A stretch of 63,775 nucleotides of DNA, filler included, from Craspedostauros australis (lineage: Eukaryota), in the NCBI GenBank assembly GCA_030167865.1. It is 10 parts of 10 records of this genome, joined end to end, with 100 filler letters (N's around TTAATTAATTAA, not from the genome) between each part and the next. Parts side by side here need not be neighbours in the genome. Positions count along the whole stretch, not along the records: positions 1 to 3,380 come from JALAGF010000062.1; positions 3,481 to 34,419 come from JALAGF010000065.1; 8 more parts are not named here. The stretch is one strand, 5' to 3'. The translations under genes and the position numbers were made by a program. Below the pieces are notes generated by a model. It did not search any database and had not been told where the DNA came from. It saw nothing but the letters and a program-made list of their open reading frames with translations. Positions 1-10,652 of the stretch are shown here, piece after piece (the stretch's first letter is position 1; each line of letters begins with the position of its first letter).

Positions 1-398
1 ACTGTTACTGTTGTTGCTATTGATTGTTGGTGAGCGAGCGTGGGGTATGAGATGATCAAGATGCTCTCTTGATCCATCTCTTCCCTGCTCTCATTGCTTG
101 GTGCAATCCTCTTGCACCTCCATGCACATTGCTCTCATGTTGCTCGTTGATGTTGACTTGATCGTTAACGTTGTCGTTTCTCTCTCGTTGTCTCGTCGTT
201 GTTCCGTTCTCGGGTTTTGTTGAATCTGATGATTGATCGAATCTGATGGAATATTCACAACATATTTCATTCCTGTAGACCTGGTAGTTAAGNNNNNNNN
301 NNNNNNNNNNNNNNNNNNNNNNNNNNNNNNNNNNNNNNNNNNNNNNNNNNNNNNNNNNNNNNNNNNNNNNNNNNNNNNNNNNNNNNNNNNNNNNNNNN

Positions 399-823
399 TG
401 TGACGTCATAGTTTTGTGTCGTGATTCCGCCACCGAATAGTCTAGATGGCGGCAAGCAAGTGTGACTGATGCATACACATCCGAGTACACACATTCCGAC
501 ACCGGTGAATCCACGGTCGCGCCGCGAGCGTGGAACTTCTGCGTATGCTGTCGGGTCACCTCCCATCCAGACTCGTGTACAATGTCGCCGTCCGCCCCTG
601 AGTCTAGAATGATATAGCCATGGCTACTATTCGTTACTCTTGCCCGTCGAATCGTGTGCTCTGTATGTGGGTGGGTTGTGCTGTGACGCGACACCTGTAG
701 CGTATCCGGGGCTGTGGCCGCCGGCTTACTCTCCGCAGTATCATTCTCCAGCTCGGTGTTCTCCCGATCCTTGACACGAATGCTGACTTCCGATTGACGG
801 CGTGTGACGGCCGCCGGTGGTTG
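399..823 (-). CDS. pol: Pol N-terminus (aspartic protease), same frame as gag, truncated by N gap
   Basis: Manual translation after the gag TGA is open: QPPAAVTRRQSEVSIRVKDRENTELEND...LQVSRHSTTHPH...GYIILDSGADGDIV. No in-frame ATG precedes the DSG motif. Confidence 0.7.
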
Positions 824-2203
824 TCAGGTACTGTTGTCGCACGGTCCGTACTTCTTGACACGATCGGTCTTGTTGCCGAATCTCGCGCGCTTGTTGGACT
901 TGCGCTGAGCTTGTTGCTCTTGGGTTTTGGCGAACTCAGCAGGCTTGGCGCGCTTTAGCGCGGCCTCGCCCATGAGCTCTCCGGTGCTGCGGAAGTGGCG
1001 TGAAGACTCCACCACGAGCACTTGTGCTGCGGGAGGGAGGCTTCGGAACACCACGTCCGGCAGACGATAGTGGGAGGACTTCTTGCGGTCGCCGGCCACC
1101 TTGTCAAACGATCGCTTGCGATCTGGACGGCTGTCCCTCTGGTGCATGCGGCGGCTCCGTCCTGGAGACTTGTCGAGGTCGGCGTTGGCGAGGATCTTGT
1201 CGTGGCGCATGAGCGTCTCGCGGACCCAGGAGAAAGACTCCTTGGTCTGCTGCAAGCTCGTGATAACGCTGGCAAATCGCTCGTCGCGGATGTTGCGGAA
1301 GAATCTTGCAATCTTCTCCTGATCGTTCATGACCTTCCCGTTGTCCTCGATTGCGTGGAGAGACATGGAGAAGTCGTTGACGAACGTTCCGAATGGACCG
1401 TCGCCAGTGTAGATGAGCTTGGAGAGTCTTGCTTCCTCCTCGGCCACGATTCCAGCCCAATTCTCACTGGACTCGTAGATCCGGATGAGAGCCTGGAAAG
1501 CAGCATGGCCACTGGGCTCCTCTGCCGTGACGATGTACTGCGCGTCTCCCTTGCACGTCTTGGACTTGAAGACCGCGTAGAACTGAGCGTCCACCGACGC
1601 GCGGTAGTGTGGTGGTCTTTCTGCCTCCATGTAGTAAGCGTATCTGGTGGTGACCAGCTGTCGCATGAAGTCTGTCTTCCACTGGTACCATTCGATGTTG
1701 AGACCGCTGAATGGCTCTGCCTCGGGCATGGTGACTTTGTCATACCGCCATCTGGTTGGAGTCGACTGCGATCGGTTGAGCTCCTGCTGGCGTCGTGGCG
1801 AATGTACCACGACCTCGCGGCTGGCAGCCTCCGTGAGTTCGCGACTTGCTGCCTTCATGTCTGCCTCCAATTGCAACTGGGTTGCGCGGAGTGCGACCGG
1901 AGTCTCGATGGTGGGCACTTCATATCCAGGGGACTTGATGAACTCGTCAATGGCGTCCCAATCGGTGGCTTGGTCGATTTGTTGCTCTTTCGCGAAAGCA
2001 AAGATGCGAAGGATGTTTTCGATGTTGATCGAAGTGAGGGTTGGTGAGAGAGACAAAGTCTGAATGATGTTCTTCTCTGGACTCTGGATGGCACGTTCAA
2101 TCCTGCCAAGCTTCTTGCGGATGAACTCCATGTCAGCGTCTTCAAGCTCAACGAGCTCCTTGATGACGGTCGTCCAGGTACGGTTGTTGATTGGTCTCGC
2201 CAT
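824..2203 (-). CDS. gag: Retrotransposon Gag (459 aa from ATG at 2203)
   Basis: EPFSGLNIEWYQWKTDF...FYAVFKSKT.KGDA...SGHAAFQAL resembles Copia capsid. Basic C-terminus has no CCHC knuckle. First ATG is in ACCATGG context; stop TGA at 826-824. Confidence 0.75.
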   Translation of the reverse strand: MARPINNRTWTTVIKELVELEDADMEFIRKKLGRIERAIQSPEKNIIQTLSLSPTLTSINIENILRIFAFAKEQQIDQATDWDAIDEFIKSPGYEVPTIETPVALRATQLQLEADMKAASRELTEAASREVVVHSPRRQQELNRSQSTPTRWRYDKVTMPEAEPFSGLNIEWYQWKTDFMRQLVTTRYAYYMEAERPPHYRASVDAQFYAVFKSKTCKGDAQYIVTAEEPSGHAAFQALIRIYESSENWAGIVAEEEARLSKLIYTGDGPFGTFVNDFSMSLHAIEDNGKVMNDQEKIARFFRNIRDERFASVITSLQQTKESFSWVRETLMRHDKILANADLDKSPGRSRRMHQRDSRPDRKRSFDKVAGDRKKSSHYRLPDVVFRSLPPAAQVLVVESSRHFRSTGELMGEAALKRAKPAEFAKTQEQQAQRKSNKRARFGNKTDRVKKYGPCDNST

Positions 2204-2279
2204 GGTGGTTGGTGTTGTAACGTGATAAGCTTGATGGTAGATCACGACTCTTAATCTGTCAAAGTGCACAAGTAACTAC

Positions 2280-2428
2280 TGTAGACATATTGGCCCGTTG
2301 TTGCGTGCCCTGGTCGGAGCTCTTGTTCTTTATTTGTGAGTTGTCCGAAGACAAACCCCCGACCAGTATTTGTGACTAATATGATTAGTAAAGAGGTAAG
2401 AAGGTACAGAGAAAGTTGTCATGAAACA
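2280..2428 (-). repeat. Putative 5' LTR (about 150 bp, TGT...ACA)
   Basis: Minus strand reads TGTTTCATG...AATAAA...ATATGTCTACA and ends about 75 nt upstream of the gag ATG. No second copy in the window, so boundaries are tentative. Confidence 0.3.
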
Positions 2429-3380
2429 CAGCGGAACAGTTCGGCTCCAACCCGCAGCAACCGTCGCCAGCACGACCTTCCCCTCCACCCGACGACCGCT
2501 TTGCACCACATGAAGCGAGGGCGAGCCAGGAGCAACGACAGCAGCGGCAATGGTGACAGATCTCTTTTGCTGACCATGTCTTGTTGTCGCGCAACCATCG
2601 CTTTCTGCTTCGCTGTAACCATTGCACTCGTCATAGTTGTGCGCGGCAGCAGCACCTTCTTTGGGGCCAATGCATTCTCGTCATGATGGTGGAATCGCCT
2701 CATTCTCCATGTGTATGCTTGCCTACCATTCCCACGCACTCTTCAAAGATCTCCAAAACAGGTGAAAGACCAAGGGAAGCAAGATTGAGAGTTGTCGTTT
2801 GCCCATGCTGACCAACCATGAAGTACAGTGAGAAAGCAATCCAATTGCTCCCGATTGCCGATTGCGCGTCTGCGCGGAACTTAGCTTTGTTTCCGTTATT
2901 GGCATCTTCCGCTTCACTGTGGGCGTGGCCATTTGAACCACATGTATCGACCAGACATTGCACGAACGAGATTGTATCAACCGGACTGGTCATCGTGACG
3001 GTACTGGTGAGCGTCACTGCATCTGCGCGCAGAAGTTCCACTGTGCGGATCTGTGCTGACAAAAATGATGTCGGTCAATAGTCACAATTTTGGCGTTAGA
3101 ACGACACGTGCAATTTCCGTTATTGGATTCAGCAGGCCGACTGATCTTCCGATGGTCCCTATTTGAATTTTGTCGCACCTGCCCAAAGGTGTCTGTTGTG
3201 ACCAAATTCAGTCGTTGTTGGAATTCTTTGTGGTAACTCCTCGTTGGATTGTTTGGCCGCAAAATCTCCGCTGGTTGTTGTGGCGAGGTGACGAAAGGTG
3301 TTGTTGTTGTGCACAACAGGCCCTGGTCTGCACTGCAGCGCGCTTCGACGGCACGACGGTGCCATGATGGTGTTCAGAGC

Positions 3381-3480
3381 NNNNNNNNNNNNNNNNNNNN
3401 NNNNNNNNNNNNNNNNNNNNNNNNTTAATTAATTAANNNNNNNNNNNNNNNNNNNNNNNNNNNNNNNNNNNNNNNNNNNN
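3381..3480. other. Artificial contig linker N44-TTAATTAATTAA-N44. Also at 34420-34519, 35614-35713, 37448-37547, 42641-42740, 47831-47930, 52112-52211, 57688-57787 and 61013-61112
   Basis: Identical 100-nt spacer with stops in all six frames occurs nine times. Confidence 0.98.
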
Positions 3481-6400
3481 AATTAACGGCAGGTTGAAGC
3501 AGTGGGGCTGTTTGGGGCAGAAGTGGCGTCACCACGTGGACAAGCATCACACAGCCTTTCATGCAGTGGTGGTCATCACCCAAATCGAGCTCTCTAACGG
3601 CTACCCAGCGTTCGACGCCGACAAGGCGCTGGCCACAGCTCGGCAGCGAATGGGTCACGACTAGACTGCATGTTTCATTTAAAGTAGACACACGTTTCGT
3701 ATTGAAGGCGTTGCTCTAACAATTAAACGTCTCTGCCATCGTGTCCGCGATTGATACGCCGCAGGGCCAAACGAATGTGACCGACGAGTGTACTACTATT
3801 AGCCTGATCGATGAAGTTGCATCTCGACCACCAGTGTTGTGTGATGGTAACAGGCAAAACTTCATTAACACACAACCAGTACACGTAAGTGGGTTGTTTG
3901 CGCGTGTTGGCATCAAATTTGGGGCGTAACAACAATTTCCCGGAGGCACGATCAACGGAGGAAACAACAGGTGCTGAGAAGGCACGAACATTGTTGGACT
4001 GTTGCGTTGGCTGTGTCTCTGTTGCGCTTTCGTGTAATGGAAGCGATGGAGCGCGAAGGAAGATCGGCCACGCAGACTCCGTCAATGGGAGGACGGCAAC
4101 AACAGAAACACGGACGAATCGCTGTGCGATCGTGCAGAGTGGAAAGGCCAAGGTCGATGAACGGGAGCACAGACGAAACAGCTGCAGGAATGACGACGAA
4201 AAACCACGGCACACCAGCCCCCGTCTTGTGCTTCCGCGCAGTCCAGCACACCAGCGCACGTCTTGTGCCTCCGCACAGGCGACAACGAGGCGACAACGAG
4301 GCGAAGTCCAACAGCAACAACAACTGTACTGTGGAGGAGTGGTGGTGTGTTGCTTTATCACCAAGCCACAATGGTGATGTGTCAGTGTTAGTACAGACCG
4401 GAGAGGCCAAAGGCAGCAGATGCCGCAGACGACCATTCCAACGTCAATGGCGGAGAGACAAGGAACGACGCAGGCAGAAGCGCACCCTGTGATGTCGTGG
4501 GCAAAACACAAAAAATTGTGAGCGAGACAATCACCGAAGCGTCGGCACATCAGCGACGATCGCATCGCAAAACTTGGCGTGTCCGAAAGCATCCGGAATT
4601 GTGATTTAAATTTTTTAGAAAAAAGGTGAAGGACACCGTTTTGTGACGAAAAATGCCCTTTGTAATGCACCACTCAAATGGATTACCGCGCCTCCCCGAT
4701 GCGCGCTTTGTCCGCAACATCGCGTCGGCATCCCCCAAGGTTGATGTTGAAATGCGACATGGAGCAATACGATGCATCCAAAGTTCATAACCTCCATCAC
4801 AATGGACACTCACATGTTCCAACAAGTTCCTCACGATGGTCTCTGACTGGAGAATGAGCAGCCACAAGCATGCCTCTCATACCGTCGTTGGTGAATGAAT
4901 GGGATGGACATGCAAGCCCCCTGATCTTGTTGACATTGGAAAATGAAGCTCTGGATCCACCAGACCCACAGCGGAGCAATGTACTATTACTCTGCTGGCA
5001 CTCTGCTCTGCTCAACACCAAACCGACAGCTCGTATTATAAAATGCAGCCACGCCGTCTCACTATCGCTGCCTCAGATCCAAGATGAAGCAGAACAACAC
5101 ATTCTGCCGACAATCAGATGACGAATCTTGGTGTGAAAGTCAAAGCACAATGAGGCTCTTCACACGACATGCGCACGATCTTCACCATCTGGAAAGCGCA
5201 GTTCGATCACACTCTCTTTCTCAACAAACACGTTTAAAGGTGGGACTGGAGATACTGACTTGGTCGCCGCAAGCATCATCGGCCATCCATTGTCCTTGAG
5301 CGGACGGATGGTGCCACCGGCAACGGGAGCGCAGCGGTGAAGATGGCGGATGCGGCTCGTCGTCGAGTTAAAACTTCCAAGCTCATTCGACAAGTTCCGG
5401 CCCGCTTTCGGAGTCGAAACAACGCCGATCGAAGGCGCGGCAACATCTCCAGGAGTAGCTCGGTACCAACCTCATGACATGTCCATGTCCATGATCATCT
5501 CCAATCCCGGAGAATTGCCGGCCCGAGTGCAACATGGCTATCGCAACATCATCCGTGCACGACCGAGGAAGGAGAAGAAAACGGAGGGCCTTGGGAGTTT
5601 GAATTCGGTTCGTCTCGTGCTCATCCAAACAAGACCGACCAAAGTCGTGACCAACGCTGCCGCGCTACTTCCTCTGCGGAAGAATGAAAGGCCTATTGAG
5701 GCCTACCCTATCATTCGTGACAAGTCGTGTTCGTCAATTTAAATCGACATTGTATTAGTCTGTCAGGCGTTGGGGCGACATCAACAGAATCGCATCAGGT
5801 CGACCGTTTGCGCATGATACCATGACGCGACAATTTCATGAAGTTCATGGGATGATTCTGTGAGTTTGCATGCTACGACCACGACCGTGGTACGAGTACG
5901 AGTACGCATGCGGATGGGTAACAACGAGTATGCAAGGTAGTTCTGGGCATCCATCGATGTGTTGCCATCAAACCGCTCCATGCAATGTCGTGAGATACGA
6001 ATGCCTCAGTGATGCGTTTGCAATGATTAGCTCGGATAATATATTTCATGCAATATTGCGAGTGTTCAAGCCCACCAATGCGATCTCTCCACTACCTGGG
6101 AGGATGCTGGCCAGCACTTGTGTTGCGATCTGCATAGCCAATGGGGCACGTTTGCAAGTCGTATTCCTCCCACTGCACCAAACCCAGAGAGGTGCAAACA
6201 AAACCTGATGATGCCTGGATCCTGATTCCTTCAAATGCTGCACGAGCTTTGGGAGTGCTCATGCGATACTTACGCGTACTCGTGCGAGTGTACCACTATG
6301 GTATTGTCTAATATCAAACAACAGAGTACGGATGTATCGCTGCAAGCTGCGGCGCCTTTGACCTTTGCGGCACCCGATGCTGGTATTGCTGTGCTGCGCG

Positions 6401-7718
6401 CGCTCTCATTCTCATGACTACGACCAGGTCGTATGACTACGATTCCGAGTGGTCTGCTCTTCACGAGTGCACCCTTGTTGATCAGCGGTATTAGTATTGT
6501 ACGAGCCATGGCACAAGCCACCACAAGACGAACTTGTCGTGAACAAAAACCTCCGCATCCCCACAAACACGAATGCAGGCGCCCACCAGATACAGAATGT
6601 CCATCCACGACATGACCCGGACTAAATTCTTAGCACGAGCAAGTTGACATTTTTGGTTTCGCCAAGCAGTCTAGCTTAAATCCAGATAGATATCTGCTCC
6701 TTTGGAAGGATTGTCTGAGCACAAGCTTCACGTAGCTCAGCAGAAAACATGCTGAAGCTTGCAAATGAACACAATTCTCCTGATCCATGCAGCGCTGAAC
6801 AACGGACGTGGACTAAGCCAAACCTAACACGCCCTGAATGTAGCACAGCGATGATCGCTTGTGCTGTTTCCTCTCGTCGGAGTTACGAACGCAATGCAGG
6901 TTGTGGCGATGCGAGTCACAGTTCTGGCTGTTCGCTCAAACCAGCCACAAAGCAAACAGTCACCACAACAGAACACACAACGGTGGAAATCAATACCAGG
7001 GAGGCCTTCCATTCCTGTCTCCGCCGTCGTGCTATTCCGCATCATCCTGCTCACCACCGCGCCAGCACGAGCTATCTCGCTGGAAACGCTTTCGGGTCGA
7101 ACAACATTCGGACCAGGGAGGGCGAATGCACCATCGGGCGACTGTTCCGAGAGCAGATCTGCGATGGCCAATGGACAACAAGCAATGACGAACGCTGAAC
7201 AAAGGACAAGCCGAGGGGGCGAGACAGGTTGTGACGAGAGACGAATGCGATACCAGTCCTCGTATCCGTGTAGTGCCAGGCCGCAGCTCTCACAGACCCA
7301 AGAGTCACAACATTGGACATCAGCGACCAGCCTGGGCCGCACCATCATCAAAGCCCTTCACCAGTATCATCATCGTCATCATCGTCATCACCGCATCCCT
7401 GTTAACACTTAAAGCAGGCCAGGGCAAGTTGATACAATCCAACATAAGAGGAGCCAAGATCCAGCATTGGAAGGATTCTTCACAACATCGATGCCCCTTG
7501 AGCTCACAAAGTCAAATCTGCACAACAACAGACGTCACGCCACACCACATCACGACGCGCTGCAATTCCATCGACGAAATACGACACAGCACAACGCAAC
7601 AACGCAACAGAAAAGAATACAGGGCTCAATCACCGCACCTTGCAACACCGTACTATACTATTTTACAAAACAGTGTACAATAGCAACAAGCATAATCTGT
7701 TGCATCGGACAAAGAAAA

Positions 7719-8948
7719 ATGGCGACACCCCACACAGCGATTCACCAGAGCTTTGAGCAGCCGCAACCACAGCAACCGGATCCGCAGCGACGCCGCATCG
7801 AATCCTTGGTGGCGCTGACGCACGAAATGCACAACTACGATCCCATCATGTACACACCCGTCGACCTCGAGATCCTCATGTCCGACTTTTGCACAATCGC
7901 AAATTCAATAGCATCATCAAAGAACTCCTCCACAGCGCAAGGCGTGTCGATCAGGGACGTGCTGACGTATCTACAGCAACAGCATTACACGATGGATGCC
8001 ATCCTCAGCATTCTGGAGCAACCCCATGAAAACCCTGCGATTCACAAATGGTCGCTGACTGCATTGGTTTGGTTCGTCTGCACGTGCAGCGAGCGGGCCA
8101 CCCGGGCTGTGAACATGGGTGCGCTCAGCGCGATCGTCCGTGTCATGCGGCGGCACAGGCACGGCCAAAGTATCTCTGCCAAGCACCAGCGCTGCTCCAG
8201 CCACAACGGCCATCAAGGCAAGGAAGACACTTTGTTCTGCACGGCAATGTCAGCCTTGGTTCAGCTGCTTGGCCATGCCGATCCTGCCGTCCTCCGCCGC
8301 AGCATCCAGTTTCGGTTGGAAAAGGAGCTCAAGAGACGAGGCAGAAAGGTCTCGCTGTCACGCACGGCCCCAACATTCGATTTCGATGCTGGCATGCAAG
8401 TTGAGCATGACAAAGACAATGACGACGAATCAGTATCCACAGCTTCATCGTCGTCATCATCGGCCTCCTTCTCCTCATCCCATTGGTACGACGACGACGA
8501 CGACGACGACGATGGTGACAGCATGTGCGCTGAGTCCACCGACAACTTTGAAGGTGGCTCACCGCTTTTCCTTCTCGAAGATATCGTGCTGACCATGGAA
8601 ATGTTCCCATCCTCGATCACCATCTACAGAGAAGGCTGCGCGTTGTTCGGTAGCATCTACATGTTGTTGGCGAACACCCAGTTGACACCATCAACATCAA
8701 CACCGTGCGCAAGTTCGAATGGCCCGGCGCAGAATGTGCTGCTCCTGCATTCTCCAGACACGTGGTGCGCGCTGAAAGGGCGCGTGGTGAATCGCATCTA
8801 CGATGATGGGCTGCTCGATCACAGAATGTCCGACCAGGAGGCGCGAAAGATCAGTCACTCCTTGCTGAGGCTGCTGGTGGGTGACGCGGTGGCGCAGACC
8901 ATGATGAGGGTGGCGGACAACCAGGTTTGCTTTGGCGCGGCAGCATGA
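7719..8948 (+). CDS. Hypothetical helical (ARM-like) protein, paralog of 15696-16928
   Basis: Long ORF with likely start MATPH at 7719. Shares blocks KW..ALVWF...ER.TRAV..GAL..IV..MR.HR, FLLEDI...EMFPSS..I...GCALFG and terminal C.GAAA with the paralog. Confidence 0.8.
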   Translation: MATPHTAIHQSFEQPQPQQPDPQRRRIESLVALTHEMHNYDPIMYTPVDLEILMSDFCTIANSIASSKNSSTAQGVSIRDVLTYLQQQHYTMDAILSILEQPHENPAIHKWSLTALVWFVCTCSERATRAVNMGALSAIVRVMRRHRHGQSISAKHQRCSSHNGHQGKEDTLFCTAMSALVQLLGHADPAVLRRSIQFRLEKELKRRGRKVSLSRTAPTFDFDAGMQVEHDKDNDDESVSTASSSSSSASFSSSHWYDDDDDDDDGDSMCAESTDNFEGGSPLFLLEDIVLTMEMFPSSITIYREGCALFGSIYMLLANTQLTPSTSTPCASSNGPAQNVLLLHSPDTWCALKGRVVNRIYDDGLLDHRMSDQEARKISHSLLRLLVGDAVAQTMMRVADNQVCFGAAA

Positions 8949-10652
8949 TGTGCGAGCGCGACCATGAGTAGAGAGAGAGCCCACCAATCCACAACCGCGA
9001 AAAATGTGAGGCGGTGCACCATGTCTCCAATCAATCAGTTGGATACGCGCAGAGTATTATCATAGAATAAATCGTATAATAACCACCAACTTCGACTCAC
9101 GGACCTGAAACCGATGGCAATGTGGAGCAAGTTGTTCGTGCGTGTTGTTGAGGTTGATGTTTGTGCTCTTCTTTGGAGTTGTTGTGGCTGGCGTCTTGGT
9201 TGCGGTTGTGACATGGTTCTGTCTCCAATAATTTCGGAGGTGGCGGTGTCTTGCTCGTGTCTTGGTCACATCTTGCATTGAAGCAAATGGAGTCCGCGGC
9301 AAGGGGCGAGAGACAGAAGAGCTTTCTCTTCTGTGACTGCGCATTTGTCATCCACATGGTTGCTGTCACCATTCCGTGTCACGTTTCGATGCCATTTTGG
9401 TAGAATAGTTCGGACGTGACGTTCTTCATTGCCGGGTGAGAATGGTTGAGGGACACCGAGGCAGAAATGCGCAATCGGATCAAACACGAAGAAGTGCAGC
9501 GCAGGTTGTGAGCGAACGAATGCAAGAACGCATGTGGAAACGGTGGAGGATTGCATCATCGCAACGCAACATCTTCGAATGCTGTACCCACAACAGCCGC
9601 AACAAGAGCAAGGGCAAAGCATGCACCCAGTGTGATGGTCAACAACCTCAGTCAACAGGCATGGGAGCCCCCTTGCCATAGATGCTGCACTCCCAACACA
9701 TGTTCCCGTGACAACATGTGACTCGGACCATCGCGTTCCCATGCACTTCGTGAACATATATCTTGACAGATGCACTCACGACACACATGGATGCGGGGAT
9801 TGTGGGAACCAAAAAGGTATCTTTCGGATTGTCCTTGATCTTGGTGCGACATACAAGTAGTCCAGATACACTTATGGTAATGACTGGCGTGAACAACGAA
9901 ATGTCTGAGGTTCACAAAACAGAGGCCACCCAAGACCGGACAGAACACGAACGAACGAAATGTCTTTGTGGCGGCCGAAAATGCTTCGGCAGTTGATGCG
10001 TGGTTGATGTGTCGTTGATACGTCGTTGATGTTGCATTTCTGTGTCGCCGGCTCTGTTTGCGCCCATGCGGAGTCGATGAACGTCACCAATGATGCAAGC
10101 GAGGATGCGTTGTTCTGTGGTGGAGGGTGTCGCTCCTCTCCACTCACATGTATCCAGAGGTACGGACAACTGATGTGTGCAGAGGGAACACACAAGACTG
10201 CGATCACTGACGCTGGGTGCATTGTTCATGTGATCTCCCTCACTGACGATGAACCCAACCACAACCCTTCCAACACAATCAATTCTCACCAAAGCAGCTG
10301 TGCCTCCTCTCACGAGTCCAATCCGCAACCAGACTCCTCCACAAGGCTCCCCTCGTGTACTGTACGAGCTGGAGGACAACCCATACAATCATAATCTTAT
10401 ATTCTATTATATAATACAATACTTGGCAAGTAGACACCGACCATACACATTCCCAAAGGAGAAAGGCAACACCGCACAACCCAAGTCACAAGAGAGAGGG
10501 TGGCGCATCCAGCTCACTATCTCGGCCAGCGACCAACAACTGTTCACTGAAGAACTCGGGTGCTCGATCCATCGATCAGGATCTCTTCACATCTTGCAGT
10601 CGTACCATACTGTCATACTCGCATCGTATCATAGCAGTACTCCAGTTAAACC

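Larger units (their letters stand above)
399..2428 (-). mobile_element. Partial Ty1/Copia-type LTR retrotransposon (CoDi-like): putative 5' LTR, gag, start of pol; runs into N gap 293-398
   Basis: Gag-like ORF followed in frame by an aspartic protease motif (IILDSGADG). Integrase and RT are not visible, so Copia is inferred from Gag and DSGA protease style. Confidence 0.75.

Noticed and set aside
256..292. GTCTACA beyond the N gap as the end of a 3' LTR
   Set aside because: Only about 8 nt match the putative 5' LTR end; adjacent bases differ.
2431..3380. Weak ankyrin-like fragments (HGQTTTLNLA on minus, HDLPLH on plus)
   Set aside because: On opposite strands, short, and without a continuous frame.
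3381..3480. Recurrent TTAATTAATTAA palindrome as a biological motif
   Set aside because: Always centred in N44 flanks: an artificial six-frame stop linker. Adjacency across linkers is therefore not evidence of linkage.
3481..7460. Many 60-316 aa ORFs in all frames
   Set aside because: Cys/Arg-rich random-like composition and no recognisable motif; treated as intergenic or too decayed to call.
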